In this document: one piece after another, positions 46,401 through 61,400 of the stretch
Numbering within the stretch: the first letter of the stretch is position 1
Layout of the letters: each line of letters starts with the position of its first letter
DNA from: Macrostomum lignano
Lineage: Eukaryota
Assembly (NCBI GenBank): GCA_002269645.1
Contig: NIVC01002762.1
Location: 1-64,000 of the forward strand
DNA: 64,000 nt
Direction: 5' to 3'
Position numbers and translations under genes: made by a program
Notes under the pieces: generated by a model
What the model was told of the DNA's origin: nothing
Databases searched by the model: none
Seen by the model: only the letters and a program-made list of their open reading frames with translations

Positions 46401-49400
46401 ACACTGGGTCCCAATTTCTCTAGTCCAGTTCCTTCATTTGGAGCCAAATATCTCCCACTGTGCCTAAAACTTGACGTTACTTACATGAGAATGATTAGTA
46501 AACATAAACATTATTAAGAGATAACATAACGGAGGCATAACATAACATTACTATCGCTCTTATTCTTCATACAAACATATAAAAACAGCGTTTATCATGG
46601 TCATCTCGTCGTTTAAGCATTTGAAGCTCCAAATGAAGGAATTGGAACAGAGAAATCGGGACCTAACGTTTTGGGCTCCATTTTGACTCGTAAGCTCACA
46701 TCCTCTTAGGATTCTGCGTTAATTTTATATCCTACGTTTATATCTCCCGTGCCTAAAAATAGTAAAAAAATGGCACAGGATCGACTTATCGATTTTATGA
46801 ATATTTTTTATCATGCTTATCTTTTTGATTTTGTACCAAGATTGGCTTTTAGCTAAAATGATTCAAGCATTCAGACAAAAAAGTCAATATTGACTTAGGC
46901 TTTGCTCATAAATATGCACTATATCGAGATCGTGAGCCGCATATAATTAAAACCTTTTATTCTACGTCAATGAAGACTCACTAATGAGTGTAAAAAGCAT
47001 GGCAAAAAGATTCATAAAACCAGTGAGCCGTGAGTTGAGCCATATTTGATTTTTAGACACTAATATCTAAATAGAATCCTAATTTTCTAACAAATGAATT
47101 ACTCTAACTATGAAACTAAGCAGGATGTAACAGACAGGCTCACCTGTCCGAATGTCCCCACCGCTTCGCCGCTGATGGTGAACAGCTTTGCTGTACAGTC
47201 AACACTGGCTGTCACGACAAACTCGCCAACCTCAATTTCGGCAAAGTCCACCGACACGATGGCGGCGTTGTGAGCTCGAAACTCTTGCAGACAGTGCGGC
47301 GAGTTGGTCTCTAGCTGCAGAAAAAATCGAGAGGATTAGAATTCAGCGTTATTCCTTTTGATAATCCGGATTCCTTAGGCCACAGATTCATTCGCTAATG
47401 CGTTTAGCGGCCGTCCCCGACGCCCCGAAAACCCATCAGGGGTTTTGGCCACAGACACCAGCTGCTGTTGCTAATGTCAATTGGGAGCAGCAGATGCTAC
47501 TGTCTATGGTCCAAACTCCGGGGTTTTCGCACTGCCGCCATGCCGCTGCGGCCTAGTTGGAACTGCAAGCTTTCAATTTAATCATAGATACTGAAATCAG
47601 ACTTGCGAGACTGAACGTTTTCTGTCTATGGTCGACACGCGTTGGCATAGCGGAGTTCAATCTAATCCTGGGGAGCATCAATTTGATCATTCTATGTTTT
47701 CAATGCACATTTTCACTGTCATCGTAATTTTCACGACATCGACCAGCCAGCCCAAGTACACCGCAGGTCAGTACAACAAGATTAGCGATGAGAAGTAAGG
47801 TCTGATTGTCACCGCTTTAGGGCGCGGCGATAGTCCGCTGAAGTTTATTCCAGGGAAGTTTATGCCGAGGTTTATTCCAGGGAAGTTTATGCTGAGGTTT
47901 ATTCCAGGGAAGTTTATGCTGAGGTTTATTCCAGGGAAGTTTATTGCTGAGGTTTATTCCAGGGAAGTTTATGCTGAGGTTTATTCCAGGGAAGTTTATG
48001 CTGAGGTTTATTCCAGGGAAGTTTATGCTGAGGTTTATTCCAGGGAAGTTTATTGCTGAGGTTTATTCCAGGGAAGTTTATCGCTGAGGTTTATTCCAGG
48101 GAAGTTTATGCTGAGGTTTATTCCAGGGAAGTTTATGCTGAGGTTTATTCCAGGGAAGTTTATGCTGAGGTTTATTCCAGGGAAGTTTATTGCTGAGGTT
48201 TATTCCAGGGAAGTTTATGCTGAGGTTTATTTCAAGGAAGTTTATGCTGAGGTTTATTCCAGGGAAGTTTATGCTGAGGTTTATTCCAGGGAAGTTTATG
48301 CTGAGGTTTATTCCAGGAAAGTTTATTGCTGAGGTTTACTCCAGGGAAGTTTATTGCTGAGGTTTATTCCAGCCTGCAACGCCGGACAGCCAGTCAATCT
48401 AAACATTTTTTTGACTCGATGATATCCAGCGCTAAAGTGTTTATTTGTTTATTGTGTCGAATTCTGTTTTCAGTTTTTCTCAACGATAAGTAAACGACTT
48501 GTGTTATAGCACTGGATATCTAACGTTATATGAGTAGAATGATCAAATTGATGCCCCCAGGATTAAATTGAACCCCGCTATGCCAGTGAGTGTCGACCAT
48601 AGACAGAAAATTCAGTCTCGCAAGTCTGATTTCAGTATCTCTGATTAAATTGAAAGCTTGCAGTTCCAACTAAGCCGCAAAACGGAATAATATAATCTGT
48701 GGCATAGGCTTACAAAACGATTGCAAGATCAAAGAGGATTCTTTGCAACACTTTGTTCAGCAGAAATTTATAACTGTTTATGACCAAAAATTCATGAAAA
48801 AGCGTTCTTCATCAAGCTAGTCTAATTTTAAGCACTTGCTAAAACTAGGGCAATCTAAGGATGTGCACTCTAAAGAGAGGCAGCAATCTTTACTTGGCAG
48901 AGCATCGGAGTAAATTTATTGATTTTTTGTTCATCAATAATATCAGCTTACATCCCTTGCCAATTTCATTTCAAGGTCATGCACAAAAGTGCTTCTATGG
49001 ATCGTCTTTGATACAGAATCGGTTTTGTAACTATATGGGCCGCCGTATGATGAATGAGTAAGCACCACTTCTTGCTAAATTAACAAATACACAGATTTAA
49101 TTTAGCGGTAACCACGCCTGACTTTCACGCCACGTGAAAATTGTTTTAATCAGACACAGACCTGCTCTCGCTGGAACAGTGCGTAGTTGGCTATGCTCCA
49201 GGTGCGCACGAAACCGGCCGTGTCTCCCGTGACCAGCGCGCTATCCCGCTTGTTGGACACCATCGCTAGAACGCACTCGCCAGCTTCTGGCCCGCCTTCC
49301 GCAGCGCAGAACACCGCCATCTCGTGTCGGCGACCGTGCACGCTCCAGAACCGGATGTGCCCAGCCTCGCTGGTGAGCAGGAAGCCGCTCTCTCTGTAGC

Positions 49401-52400
49401 GTCGATCAGCCGCTCGCTTCTTTAGGAAGATCAGCTTGTCGACCGGAGCGGGCGTCCTGGCTGGAGGTTGGTAGGCTGATCGGTGGCGGGAGTTCGGGCG
49501 ACTGCGGCTCCGGCTCCGGCTGCGACTGCGAAGGTCGCTGGCGCCCCGGGTTGAAGGCGGCGTCAGGCCCTGGGCACGGCACATCTTCTTCTCACTGCAG
49601 TGTGTTGGATAACGATGATCGACTAAGTTTTTTGACGAAATATAGAACATGGCTAATGGTGGTGATATGCCGTAATTATTTGACGCAAGACGCAAGACGC
49701 TGGTCGAAAGACACTGCTCACCGGGGCAAAGGGTTTCTGAGTATATGTCCAGGTTTCGCCACTTATAACAACCAGAACGAACAATAAACACAGTAAATCA
49801 CGCTGTATAGCAAAGATCCTAAAGTATATCAACATCAGTACCGCTCCTACTTACATCGTTTCATGATAGCCTTCACGCAGTTTCAACAGCAACTTCTCGT
49901 GATCGGCGTTCCAAACAAGGACGGCGCCGTCGTAACTCGCCGTGGCTAGGAGATCCGGCGGGCAGAAGTCGCAGCTCAGAATGTCGTCCTCGTGCCAGAC
50001 GCCGCCTTTCCATTCTAGAGGGACTCGCTTTGTGTCCTGAGCGCGAGGTTTTTAGGTTTTGGAGATGCAACCTTAGGGCCTGGCTTCTTTTACAAGAAAC
50101 AGGATAGCTATCGCTTCTGTCTGTGACTTCTACAGCAATTATTAACCAACATCTGCAAACTGATTCCGTCAGACTATGCACTTCAAGACGGCACCTTTAC
50201 AAGCTAATCTTGTCCCCTAAGAATACGTAGATATGCTAGGCAGAACCACAGAACTTACCCAGAATGCTCAATCGGCGATTTTGTGAAATTAAACTGCGTA
50301 GAAATAGATATGCGGACAAACTACTAATCCGTGAAGAAACATAAGTAGCCGTAGACTGTTACTCAAATGTATAGCACAAGACCGCCTGACTTATTAAGTC
50401 AAAAACCGGAAACCAGCAATCGAAACGTAAAGCATGAAACGTAGAAACCAGTTAAACTGGAGCATAAAAAGTTTCGAAGTGATGCAACTCAAAAAGTTGG
50501 ATGAGCTGATTGCACAAGTCATTCTATTAAATGAATATATCTTGTGCTACACATTTGAGTACTAGTATATGGCTACTTATGTTTCTTCACTGGATTAGTA
50601 GTTTGTACGCAATCTATTTCTACGCAGTTTAATTTCATAAAATCGCTGATTGAGCATTCTGGGTAAGTTCTGTAGTCTTGCCCGCAAAATCAAGCAGGAA
50701 TACCCATGCTTTAAAGGCATAAATGAGAAATCAGAGGACAGAGAAACCTTAAGTAGATATGAAATCTTTAGCAACGGCTAAGTTAAGAAGATAATTTTTC
50801 ACGAATAATGGAGAGATTTTTCAGCTTCAAGTCAAGAAACGTTTACCATAGACTATAGAGTTTAAAGCATTGGTGAAGTAGGGAAGAAAGTGGGGTGTTG
50901 GGGCGCAACCACACTTTGAGCCATAGACCTATTCTGTAACAAACGACGCTACGAAGTTATTTTGTCTATGGTAAAAATTCGACCCGGAAAAGACAATTGA
51001 GAGCAGATTAACACTCACATCCGGGTTAGAATCGCGATAGCAGACAACCTCTCGACTCCAGCCGACAGTTAGAATTCTCTGCTGCATTGGCGCAGCCACC
51101 ATCCCGGTGATCTCGGCGTCCGCAGTTTTCTCCAGTTCGTGCAGCACCTGACCAGTTTGAAAGTTCCACACCTTCATGCTGCCGTGACGACTGCCGGTGA
51201 ACAGACGGCGGTAGGTGGCATCGTAGGCCAGACACGTGACTTCTTCTTTGTTATGCGTGTCGGCAAATGCCAGGCATTTATTGCCGGTGTCCAGTTCCCA
51301 CGTGGTCATGCTGGAGTCGTCCGAAGCGGTGGTGACCTGCTTGAATGTCGGGTTGTAAAGCGCCGCACACAGTTGCGCCTTGTGCGTCAGGATCAGTCCT
51401 GGCACCGGGTCAGCGGCTTTGCCTGAAGTTTTAGTTCAAAAGCTTGGGCTTCGAAAACTTGCAAAATGTGTCAAGATATCGCTGAGTCATGTTGTCAGCA
51501 TCACTGAGTCATGATGTCAGCATCACTGAGTCATGTTGTCAGCATCACTGAGTCATGTTGTCAGCATCACTGAGTCATGTTGTCAGCATCGCTGAGTCAT
51601 GTTGTCAGCATCACTGAGTCATGTTGTCAGCATCTCTGAGTCATGCCATTTTCGCTTGTACTTCAGTATGCACTGCTGAGATGTAGAATTTCTGTATTTA
51701 GCGCTAAGAAAACAAGTTAAAATTCACAGTTTGTGGTGTAGCAAAAAAGTTCACTACTTATATTTAGACGGAATAAAATAATTTTGCTTTGATTAACAGA
51801 AAATTCTTCTATTTACAATGACATTACTTACTGGTAAAAGCAAACAGATTTACTAAGTAACCTCAAGTCTAAATCCTGGAGTTTATTTTGAGCAGTGCAG
51901 AACCTATTTAGCTCCGTTAATCACATGACATAAAAACGTAAAGCTAAAATCAAAAGCTACTGAGCAGACGGATGGTTAATAACTAAGAAACAAGGCTATT
52001 CGGCTGATAAGCAAGATAAGCACATAAATTATGTATGTAAAAGTATGTAAGAGTCAGACATAAACATTCTCGCTACGTAAGATCTTACCGTCTTCATCGT
52101 CGCCTGAAAATTGATTTTTTGAATGATAATTCATTTGAATTTTGGTATTCGATAGCGTTTAGCCTGGCTGATCGGGGTGACTACTCGTAAAGTTGTTGCT
52201 TGCGCATGTGCGCATTATGCATGACTGTTAGTAGTAAAAATTGACGAAAAAGTTCATCTTTTGGACTTCCGGTATTATTCAACTACAAAAGGTTAGAGTG
52301 GAAAGGCGAGAGATGGGATGAGAGAAAAGATAAAAGAGGAGAGAAGAGGGGAGAGAAGGCAGAGGGGAGAGTGAGAGAAGAAGAGAAGGGAGAGGGGAGA

Positions 52401-55400
52401 GAGGGGAGAGAAGTAGAGAGGGGAGAGGGGATAGAAGAGAGAGAAGAGAAAGAGCTGAGCAGAGGTACAAACTTTGAGCGGGCCGGATTGCTATTGTGAA
52501 GCTTCAAAAGACCCGATCGTGCCGGATATAAGACGCTTCGAGGGCCGCATATGGCCGCGCCCTGACCTACCTAATCTGCAACTTAGTGCTGAGCACCCAC
52601 ATGCACAGGCAACACACCAACAGCTTGAACACAGGGGTTTATATCTCTGTTCTGATTCTGTCATCTCAGGCCGTATCTTACATACGGCCCCCTAAAAATC
52701 AACTTGACATCTGTTAAGAATCGCACTCGCAGGCATTAGGAACTACACTAGCAATCTTCGCCCCCCGTTGGGGGACATCTGTATAGAACCTCTGTTCTTC
52801 ACAAGTAACAAAAAGACAGCCAAATAGAGTCTTCACAAAGACAACAGAAAAACTGCTCAAATGAAGCACAATGCAAAAAGAAAACATCCCAAGACAGCAA
52901 GCATCCCCCCTCCCCCCCCCAGATAGCAAGCACCCCCAGATAGCAAGCACCCCCAGATAGCAAGCACCCCCAGATAGCAAGCATCCCTCAGATAGCAAGC
53001 ATCCAATTGATAGCAAGTATCTATCCTTAAATAGCAAGCATCCACCAGACAAAAAGTATATAGTGCAACATTTCCTTAGCTTTCTAGGGGCTGCTTTATG
53101 ATTGGCATGACGCTTCTTATTACGTTTGAAAATGTCTCTCCTGTGTTTGAAATGGTGGCTATTTTATTTTTGAATTCGTGGCTTTTTAATGTTTGGCATT
53201 GTGACTCTTTAATGTTCTACATGGTGGCTCTTTAATGTTTGACATCGTGGCTCGTTAATGTTCGACATGGTGGCTCTTTAACGTTCGACATGGTGGCTCT
53301 TTAATGTTCGACATGGTGGCTCTTTAATGTTTAACATGGTGGCTCTTTAACGTTCGACATGGTGGCGCTTTAATGTTCGACATGGTGGCTCTTTACTGTT
53401 TGACATGGTGGCTCTCTAATGTTTGACATAGTGGCTCTTAATTTTTTACTTGGTGGCTCTTTAATGTTTGACATGGTGGCTCTTTAATGTTTGACATGGT
53501 GGCTCTTTATTGTTCGAAATTGTGGCTCTTTAATGTTCTACATGGTGGCTCTTTAATGCTCTACATTGTGGCTCTTTAATGCTCTACATTGTGGCTCTTT
53601 AATGCTCTACATTGTGGCTCTTTAATGTTCTACATATTGTGGCTCTTTAATCTTCGACATGGTGGCTCTTTAATGTTTGACGTTGTGGCTCTTTAATGTT
53701 CGACATGGTGGCTCTTTAATGTTCGACATGGTGGCTCTTTACTGTTTGACATGGTGGCTCTCTAATGTTTGACATAGTGGCTCTTAATTTTTTACTTGGT
53801 GGCTCTTTAATGTTTGACATGGTGGCTCTTTAATGTTTGACAGGGTGGCTCTTTATTGTTCGAAATTGTGGCTCTTTAATGTTCTACATGGTGGCTCTTT
53901 AATGCTCTACATTGTGGCTCTTTAATGCTCTACATTGTGGCTCTTTAATGTTCTACATATTGTGGCTCTTTAATCTTCGACATGGTGGCTCTTTAATGTT
54001 TGACGTTGTGGCTCTTTAATGTTCGACATGGTGGCTCTTTAATGTTCGACATGGTGGCTCTTTACTGTTTGACATGGTGGCTCTCTAATGTTTGACATAG
54101 TGGCTCTTAATTTTTTACTTGGTGGCTCTTTAATGTTTGACATGGTTGCTCCTTACTATATGACATGCTGGCTCTTTAATGTTTGACATGGAGTCACGTA
54201 TGTGTTTGACATGGAGTCACGTATATATTTGGCATGGAGTCACGTAAATGCTTTACATGGTGGCTCTTTTATGTTTGACATGGAGTCACGTATATGTTTG
54301 ACATGTAGTCACATATATGTTTGACATGGTGGCTCTTTTATGCTTGACATGGTGGCTCTTTAATGTTCGACATGGTGGCTCTTTAATGTTCAACATGGTG
54401 GCTCTTCTATGTTTGACATTGCGCTTCTTTTATGTTTCGCAGTTTTGTGTTTTTAATGTGCTTTAATAAAAAAATATTTTTGCACTACTAAGATTCGAAC
54501 CCAGGTCACTAAATTAGCATCCCAGTCTGTTCGCATCTGGGCTATCTCTTTTCATTTGGAGAACATGAATTGTGGCCCTTATAATTCAATTCTTACAGCA
54601 AGTCAATTGGAGTAGAAAGTTATGACATAATCAATTTCTCAGTCAGCCAGAATCAGTCTCAATTCAAGTTAGCAATATGGTTACGCAATTTCAATCAAGT
54701 CTTGTGTGCGTTTTTGTGGCACTGTTTTCACCTTGTTGTGATGCAATATTTATCAGAATTGAAATTCAGCCAGTCAGTTTTTTCTCTAGCATTCTTACAA
54801 TGCATTCCAGGTCGAAAAAGCTGCTTGACCTTTGCAAAAAAGCATGTTTTTCGAATATTTAATCCCTTTAAAATTGAGCAATTTCTTAGCCAGGATGCAT
54901 GTACCGTCCCAGGAAAATTTCTGATCGAATGGTGCAAGTTTGAAGAAAATCGGTTGAGCCATTTTTTCTGAAATCTATCGCATAGCTAGTTACAGACATT
55001 TCATTTTTAGTATATAGGACTAGCCAATTCCAACCCCCGTTGGGGCTTTCCGTCAAAACTCCTACCAAAGTTTTCCCACGCAAAAGAAATTCACCCAACT
55101 GAACCCCCCCCCCATCCAAAGAATCTCTAATCCATAAAGTCCCTGATGCAAATAATCTCACATGCAAAAAACCCTCATCCAAAGAATCCCATACAAAGAA
55201 CCCCCCATCGACAGAATCCCCGATCCGAAGAATTCCCCATTCAAGGAATCCTCTATCTGTAGAATTCCCTATTTAATGAATCGCCCATCCATAGAATCTC
55301 ACATGCAAAGAATACCAATCCTTCCCGTCCCATCCCCATCCCATCCCATTGATAGAATCCCCGATCCGAAGAATTCCCCATTCAAGGAATCCTCCCATCT

Positions 55401-58400
55401 GAAGAATTCCCCGTCCAATAAATCCCTTATTCAAGAAATCCCCATCCACAGAAACTCTCTATCCAAAGAATCCCCCCAACCATCCCTATCCAAAGAATCG
55501 CCCATCCATCCCTATCTAAACAATCCCCCATCCATCCCTATCCCAAGAATCCTCCTATTCATCCCTATCCAAAGAATTTCCCCATCCATTCCTATCTAAA
55601 TAATCACCTTAACCATCCATATCCAAAAAATTCCTTCTCCAAAAAATCCCCCCTCTAAATAATTCACATCCTTAAATAATCCCCCATCAAAAGCATAATT
55701 GGCCAAAGAATCCAGAATCCCCTCATCTAAAGAACCCCCGTTCAAATAACCCCCATCTAAAGAATCATTCATCTAAAGAATCCCCCATTCAAAAAACCCT
55801 CAATCGAAACAATGCCCCACCGAAGAAATTGCCCAATGAATCACCTATCCAAATTTATCCATTAGAAGCATCCCTCATCCAAAGAATCATCAATCCATAG
55901 AATTCCCCCAAGACTTAACATCTCAGCAATTTCCCCAAGCCTCGACACCTCAGAAATTTTCCCCAAGCATTGACATCTAAGCAATTCCGGCGCAAGCCTT
56001 GACATGTTACCAATTTCTCCCCGTCCAAAGCCTTGACATCTCAGTAATTCCCCTCCCCAAGCCTTGATATCTCAGTAATTCTCCCAGTAAGCCTTCATAT
56101 CTTAGTAATTCCTCCAGTAAGTCTTGACATCTTAGCGATTCCCCTCCCCGAGACTTAAGACCTCAGCAATTCCTTTTTAAGCCTTCACACCTCAGCAATT
56201 CCCCCCACAAGCCTTCGCATCTCAGCAAGTCCCATTTAAGCCTTCACATGTCATTAATTTCCCAAGGTAAGATTTTATACATGTATCTCAATAATTCCCC
56301 TTGTAAATCTTGACATCTTAAAATTCTCTTCCGAGCAAGCATACCCCAAGAGCAAGCGTCCTTCCGATAGCAAGCATCCCCTGATAGAAAGTACCCCCAG
56401 CAAGATTAGGGATCAATTTCCTCAGCTAGCCAATTCCAACTCCCGTTGGGGCTTTCCGTCCAAACTCCAGCCACAGTTTTCCCACGCAATAAAATTTCAC
56501 CCAACTGAATCTCCCATACAAAGAATCCCTCATCCAAAGAATACACCACCCATAAAATCCACGATGCAAAGAATCTCACATGCAAAGAATCCGCCATCCA
56601 AAAAACCTCCCATCGATAGAATCACCGATCCGAAGAATTCCCCATTCAAGGAATTCTCCTATCTGAAGAATTGCCCATCCATAGAATCTTACATGCAGAG
56701 AATCCCCATCCAAAGAACCCCCATCGATAGAATCCCCGATCCGAAGAATCCCCCTATCCATCCCTATCCAAAAAATCCTCGACCTCCATCCATATCAAAA
56801 AATCTCCCATCCAAAGAACCCCTATCAATAGAATCCCAGATCCAAAGAATTCCCCATTCAAGGAATTCTCCTATCTGAAGAATTTCCCATCCAATGCATT
56901 GCCCATCCATAACATCTCACATGCAAAGAATCCCCTTCAAAAGAATCCCTATTAAAAGAGTCCCTCATTCACAGGGTCCCCATCGAAAGAATCCCCCACC
57001 CATCCATATCCAAAGAATCCCCCACCCATCCATATCCAAAGAATCCCCCACCCATCCATATCCAAAGAATCCCTCACCCATCCATATCCAAAGAATCCCC
57101 CACCCATCCAAATCCAAAGAATCCCCCACCCATCCATATCCAAAGAATCCCCCACCCATCCATATCCAAAGAATCCCCCCCACCCATCTATATCCAAAGA
57201 ATCCCCCTCCCATCCATATCCAAAGAAACCCCCCACCCATCCATATCCAAAGAACCCCCCATCCATCCCTATCGAAAAAATGCCCCTATTTATCCCTATC
57301 CAAAGAATCCTCCTATCCATCCCCATCCATTCCTAACTAAAGAATCTCCCTCCAAAAAATCCCCATGCAAATAATCCACGTCCAAATAATCCAGATCCAC
57401 ATAATCTCCATCCACATTATCCATTGATTCTCCCATCAAAAGAATAATTGGCCAAATAATACCCTCATCTAAAAAAACCCGTTCAAAAAATCCACGTCCA
57501 AATAATCCCCATCAACAGAATCCCCCATTCAAGGAATCCAAAGAAACTCCCATCCAAATAATCCCCTCATCTCCTCGAGATATCCATTAGAAGCATCTCT
57601 CGTTCAAAGATTCCCCGATCCATAGAATTCCTCCCCAAGACTTAACATCTCAGCAATTCCCACCAAGCCCTGACACCTCAGAAATTCCCTCCAAGCCTTG
57701 ACATCTCAGCAATTCACTCTTAAGCCTTGGCATCTCAGTAATTCTCTCAGTAAGCCCTTATATCTCAGTAATTCCCCCAGTAAGTCTTGACATCTCAGCA
57801 ATACCCCTCACGTCTTGATATCTCAGCAATTCCCTCTTAGCCTTGGCATCTCAGTTTAATAATTTTTTTTGAATATACTACATGAATACTCGTAGCTTCT
57901 CTTCTACCTGATTTACCTGACGTTTTTTTAGTTTTCTTTAGCTAAAAAGTTTAAAATTAATTTTTTTTAATAAAATACTTTTACAATTTAAAAATTCGAA
58001 CCCACGTCGCTGCATTAGCAGGTCAGTCTGTTTACCTCTAGGCTATCTCTCAATGCTTTGATAATTGTAGCACTTACATAATTCAACACTTTCAAAACTC
58101 CACGCAGAGAGTAAATCACACGAAGCAGTTATGACATAATTTCTCAGCCAGTCTGTATCAGTTTCAAATAAAGTCACCAATATGGTTACGCAATCTAAAT
58201 CTAAATTCAATGGCGCTGGCTTGAATTGTGGAATTGCGATAAAGTAGGGTTTTGCGATATTGGAGAGCGTACAATGAGTATATAGAGTAAAATTTATAGG
58301 AATCTTCTTTTTAATGCTGTGCTTTTAATTTTTCGAATCTAAGCAAAGAAATTATTCCCGAACTCAGCGTTTCAAGCTCTTTCTAGCAATACAAGGCTCT

Positions 58401-61400
58401 CTTCTGAAAGTAAAAAACTCGAAGCACAAACAATGATTGAACATTCCTGCTTTAAAGCATTCAAATTCATAAGGCGTACATTCAGCGCCAGCTACAGTGA
58501 GAGGCCTGCAGTTGATGCATTGAAATTAACAACCAAGCCAGCCCATGAATAATTGAATAGCGACACCCGCCCCTCAATTAAAATGTGTTGCGCAACCTTT
58601 CAACGCTTGTAGCTCTCCACGCGAGTGTGGAGAACCAATGCTATAGTTGGCACTGAGTTATGATGCAATACAATTCCATCGGCCGGCAGACTGCTTCTCA
58701 ATCGGAAAGAACTGTTTGAACTTTAAAAAACAGGGAGAAAATTGAGTTTTTCGAATATTAAAGCCCGAAAAAATGAAGCAATTTCTTAGCAAAATTTAGT
58801 GTACCTGCGCACCATCAATACGCATCGAATGCAGAAAACCCCACGAAATTCCGACCATGTAGAGTCAAGTTAAGCGAAGGTTCCTATAGGTACATAGTTT
58901 TGATTTTTAGTATATTGGATTTGTGTACCTGCGCACCATCAATACGCATCGAATGCAGAAAACCCCACGAAATTCCGACCATGTAGAGTCAAGTTAAGCG
59001 AAGGTTCCTATAGGTACATAGTTTTGATTTTTAGTATATTGGAATTCAAGCAAGCATACAAACCTTAGAGATTTAGTATATTTAGGTAGAAGTAGAAGAG
59101 ATTCTTAGAATAGATTTATATATTCAACACTCACACCAAGTCAATTGAGTTAAAGTCACACGAAGCAGTTATGACATAATCAACCAGACAAGTCAGTACC
59201 AGTCTTTATTAAAGTTAGCAATATGGTTACGCAATATAATTCAAGTGTTGTGCTATGCTTCCACACTGCGTTTTCAATACTGGGACGCAATTCAATTCAG
59301 TTTCAAAATTCAGCCAGTACACAGACGATAAATAAAAAGCCTATTGTGATGATGCAATCTATTTCAGAATCAGAATTCAACCAGTCAGTTTTTTCTCTAG
59401 CATTCTTACAATGCATTTCAAGTCGAAAAGTTTGCTTGACCTTTGCAAAAAAGCATGTTTTTCGAATATTTAATCCCTTAAGCATTTAGCAATTTCTTAG
59501 CCAAGATACATGTACCGTCCCGGGAAAATTTCTGATCGAACAGTGCAAATTCGAACAAAATCGGTCCAGCCATTCAGGAGAAAATCGATTTCGTACAAAC
59601 AAACAAACATCACATTTTTATTAGGAACTACATTGCTCACCTAGTCGGTATTGCAGAATATTGTCCGAGCTGCACAGGTAGACAGTGTTAGATCCCAGGT
59701 GCAGGGTCAGCGGACTGCCCATGTGGTCAGGCAGTTTGTCAGTGACAGAGTAGGGTATTCGGACAGTCACAGTCTGAACGCAGACGTGCGCCTTCAAGTC
59801 CCAGGCTTTGATAATGCCGTCACGGGCGTAGCTCAGTACGCAGCCCTGTTTCTCGTGAATTTTCACGGACAGCACTGCATTGTTGTGGCCCTCGAGCAGG
59901 GCCGTGTGCTTGGCCGTCACGTAGGGGTTCCAGAACCGGACTAGATGATCGTGCGACCCGGTGACGAGTAAGTTGAGAGTCCAGTTGATGTCGAAGCACT
60001 CGGCCCCGCGGCGCAGCTTGAAGGTGTACAGAGTTCGACGATGTTTCAATTCGTAGATGACAACGGAGTTGTTGGGCGCCGCGCTGCAGGTCACGGTGCA
60101 GTTGTTGTCCGGCAGGTAGGCCAGTTCATTGATTGGCTCGGTGTGCAAGCCCTCGTGGTGGAAGGCGTCCACGCATTTGGTGTGGCTAGCCAGCTCGTAG
60201 TACCAGATCCTCTGGCTGCGATGGTTCGGATCTGGCGGGATGTCGAAAAGCTGCTGCATGGGCTTCTTGAACACGAATTCAGTCAGGTTACCACCGTCGT
60301 CGCCAGCAAACAGATGGCTGTCCGTGTTGGCAGCCTAGACGGATTTGGTTGACGCGTGGTTTGTCACTTATAGTAGAGCCAAAATGGCATTTCTTTAAAT
60401 CGATTTATTCCTCTAATACTACAACTACTCCCCCTAACAGTCAGTCTGCAACCCCGGGGTGGCAGAGGGCCCTCCCCTGGACACAGAGTCAGTCTGCAAC
60501 CCCTCCCCCCCCCACAGAGTCAGCCTGCAACCCCTCCTCCCACAGAGTCAATCTGCAACCCCTCCCCCCCCACAGAGTCAGTCTGCAACCCCCCCCCCCC
60601 CACAGAGTCAGTCTGCAACCCCTCCTCCCACAGAGTCAGTCTGCAACCCCTCCCCCCCCCACAGAGTCAGCCTGCAACCCCTCCTCCCACAGAGTCAATC
60701 TGCAACCCCTCCCCCCCACAGAGTCAGTCTGCAACCCCCCCCACAGAGTCAGTCTGCAACCCCCCCCCACAGAGTCAGCCTGCAACCCCTCCCCCCCCAC
60801 AGAGTCAGTCTGCAACCCCCCCCCCACAGAGTCAGCCTGCAACCCCTCCCCCCACAGAGTCAGTCTGCAACCCTCCCCCACAGAGTCAGTCTGCAACCCC
60901 CCCCCCCCCCACAGAGTCAGTCTGCAACCCCCCTCCCACAGAGTCAGCCTGCAACCCCTCCCCCACAGAGTCAGTCTGCAACCCCCCTCCCACAGAGTCA
61001 GCCTGCAACCCCTTCCCCCCCCACAGAGTCAGTCTGCAACCCCTCCCCCACATAGTCAGTCTTCAACCCCTTCTCAGTGCTCATTTGTAACAATTGAGCA
61101 AATCAAAATGTACCAATAGTTACGAGTACAACAACAGGAAAAAAGTGAGTGCATCGATAGTCTAAACGCTTGACAATCAAGTTTACAAGCATATATATCG
61201 AGTACGAAGTTTTCGATTATGATTTTTGTAATATCGTGAAACAAATAGAAAAATTCCGTTTAATTCTCTGGGTTTTATCTCAACAGATCAATGTATTATT
61301 GTTAGTTGGTTAGCTCCATACTGTAGCGAATATCAATACTGACATCCGGCAATTGAACTCATACGATGTACAATCCAGGTGACTGACAAACCAGCACGAG

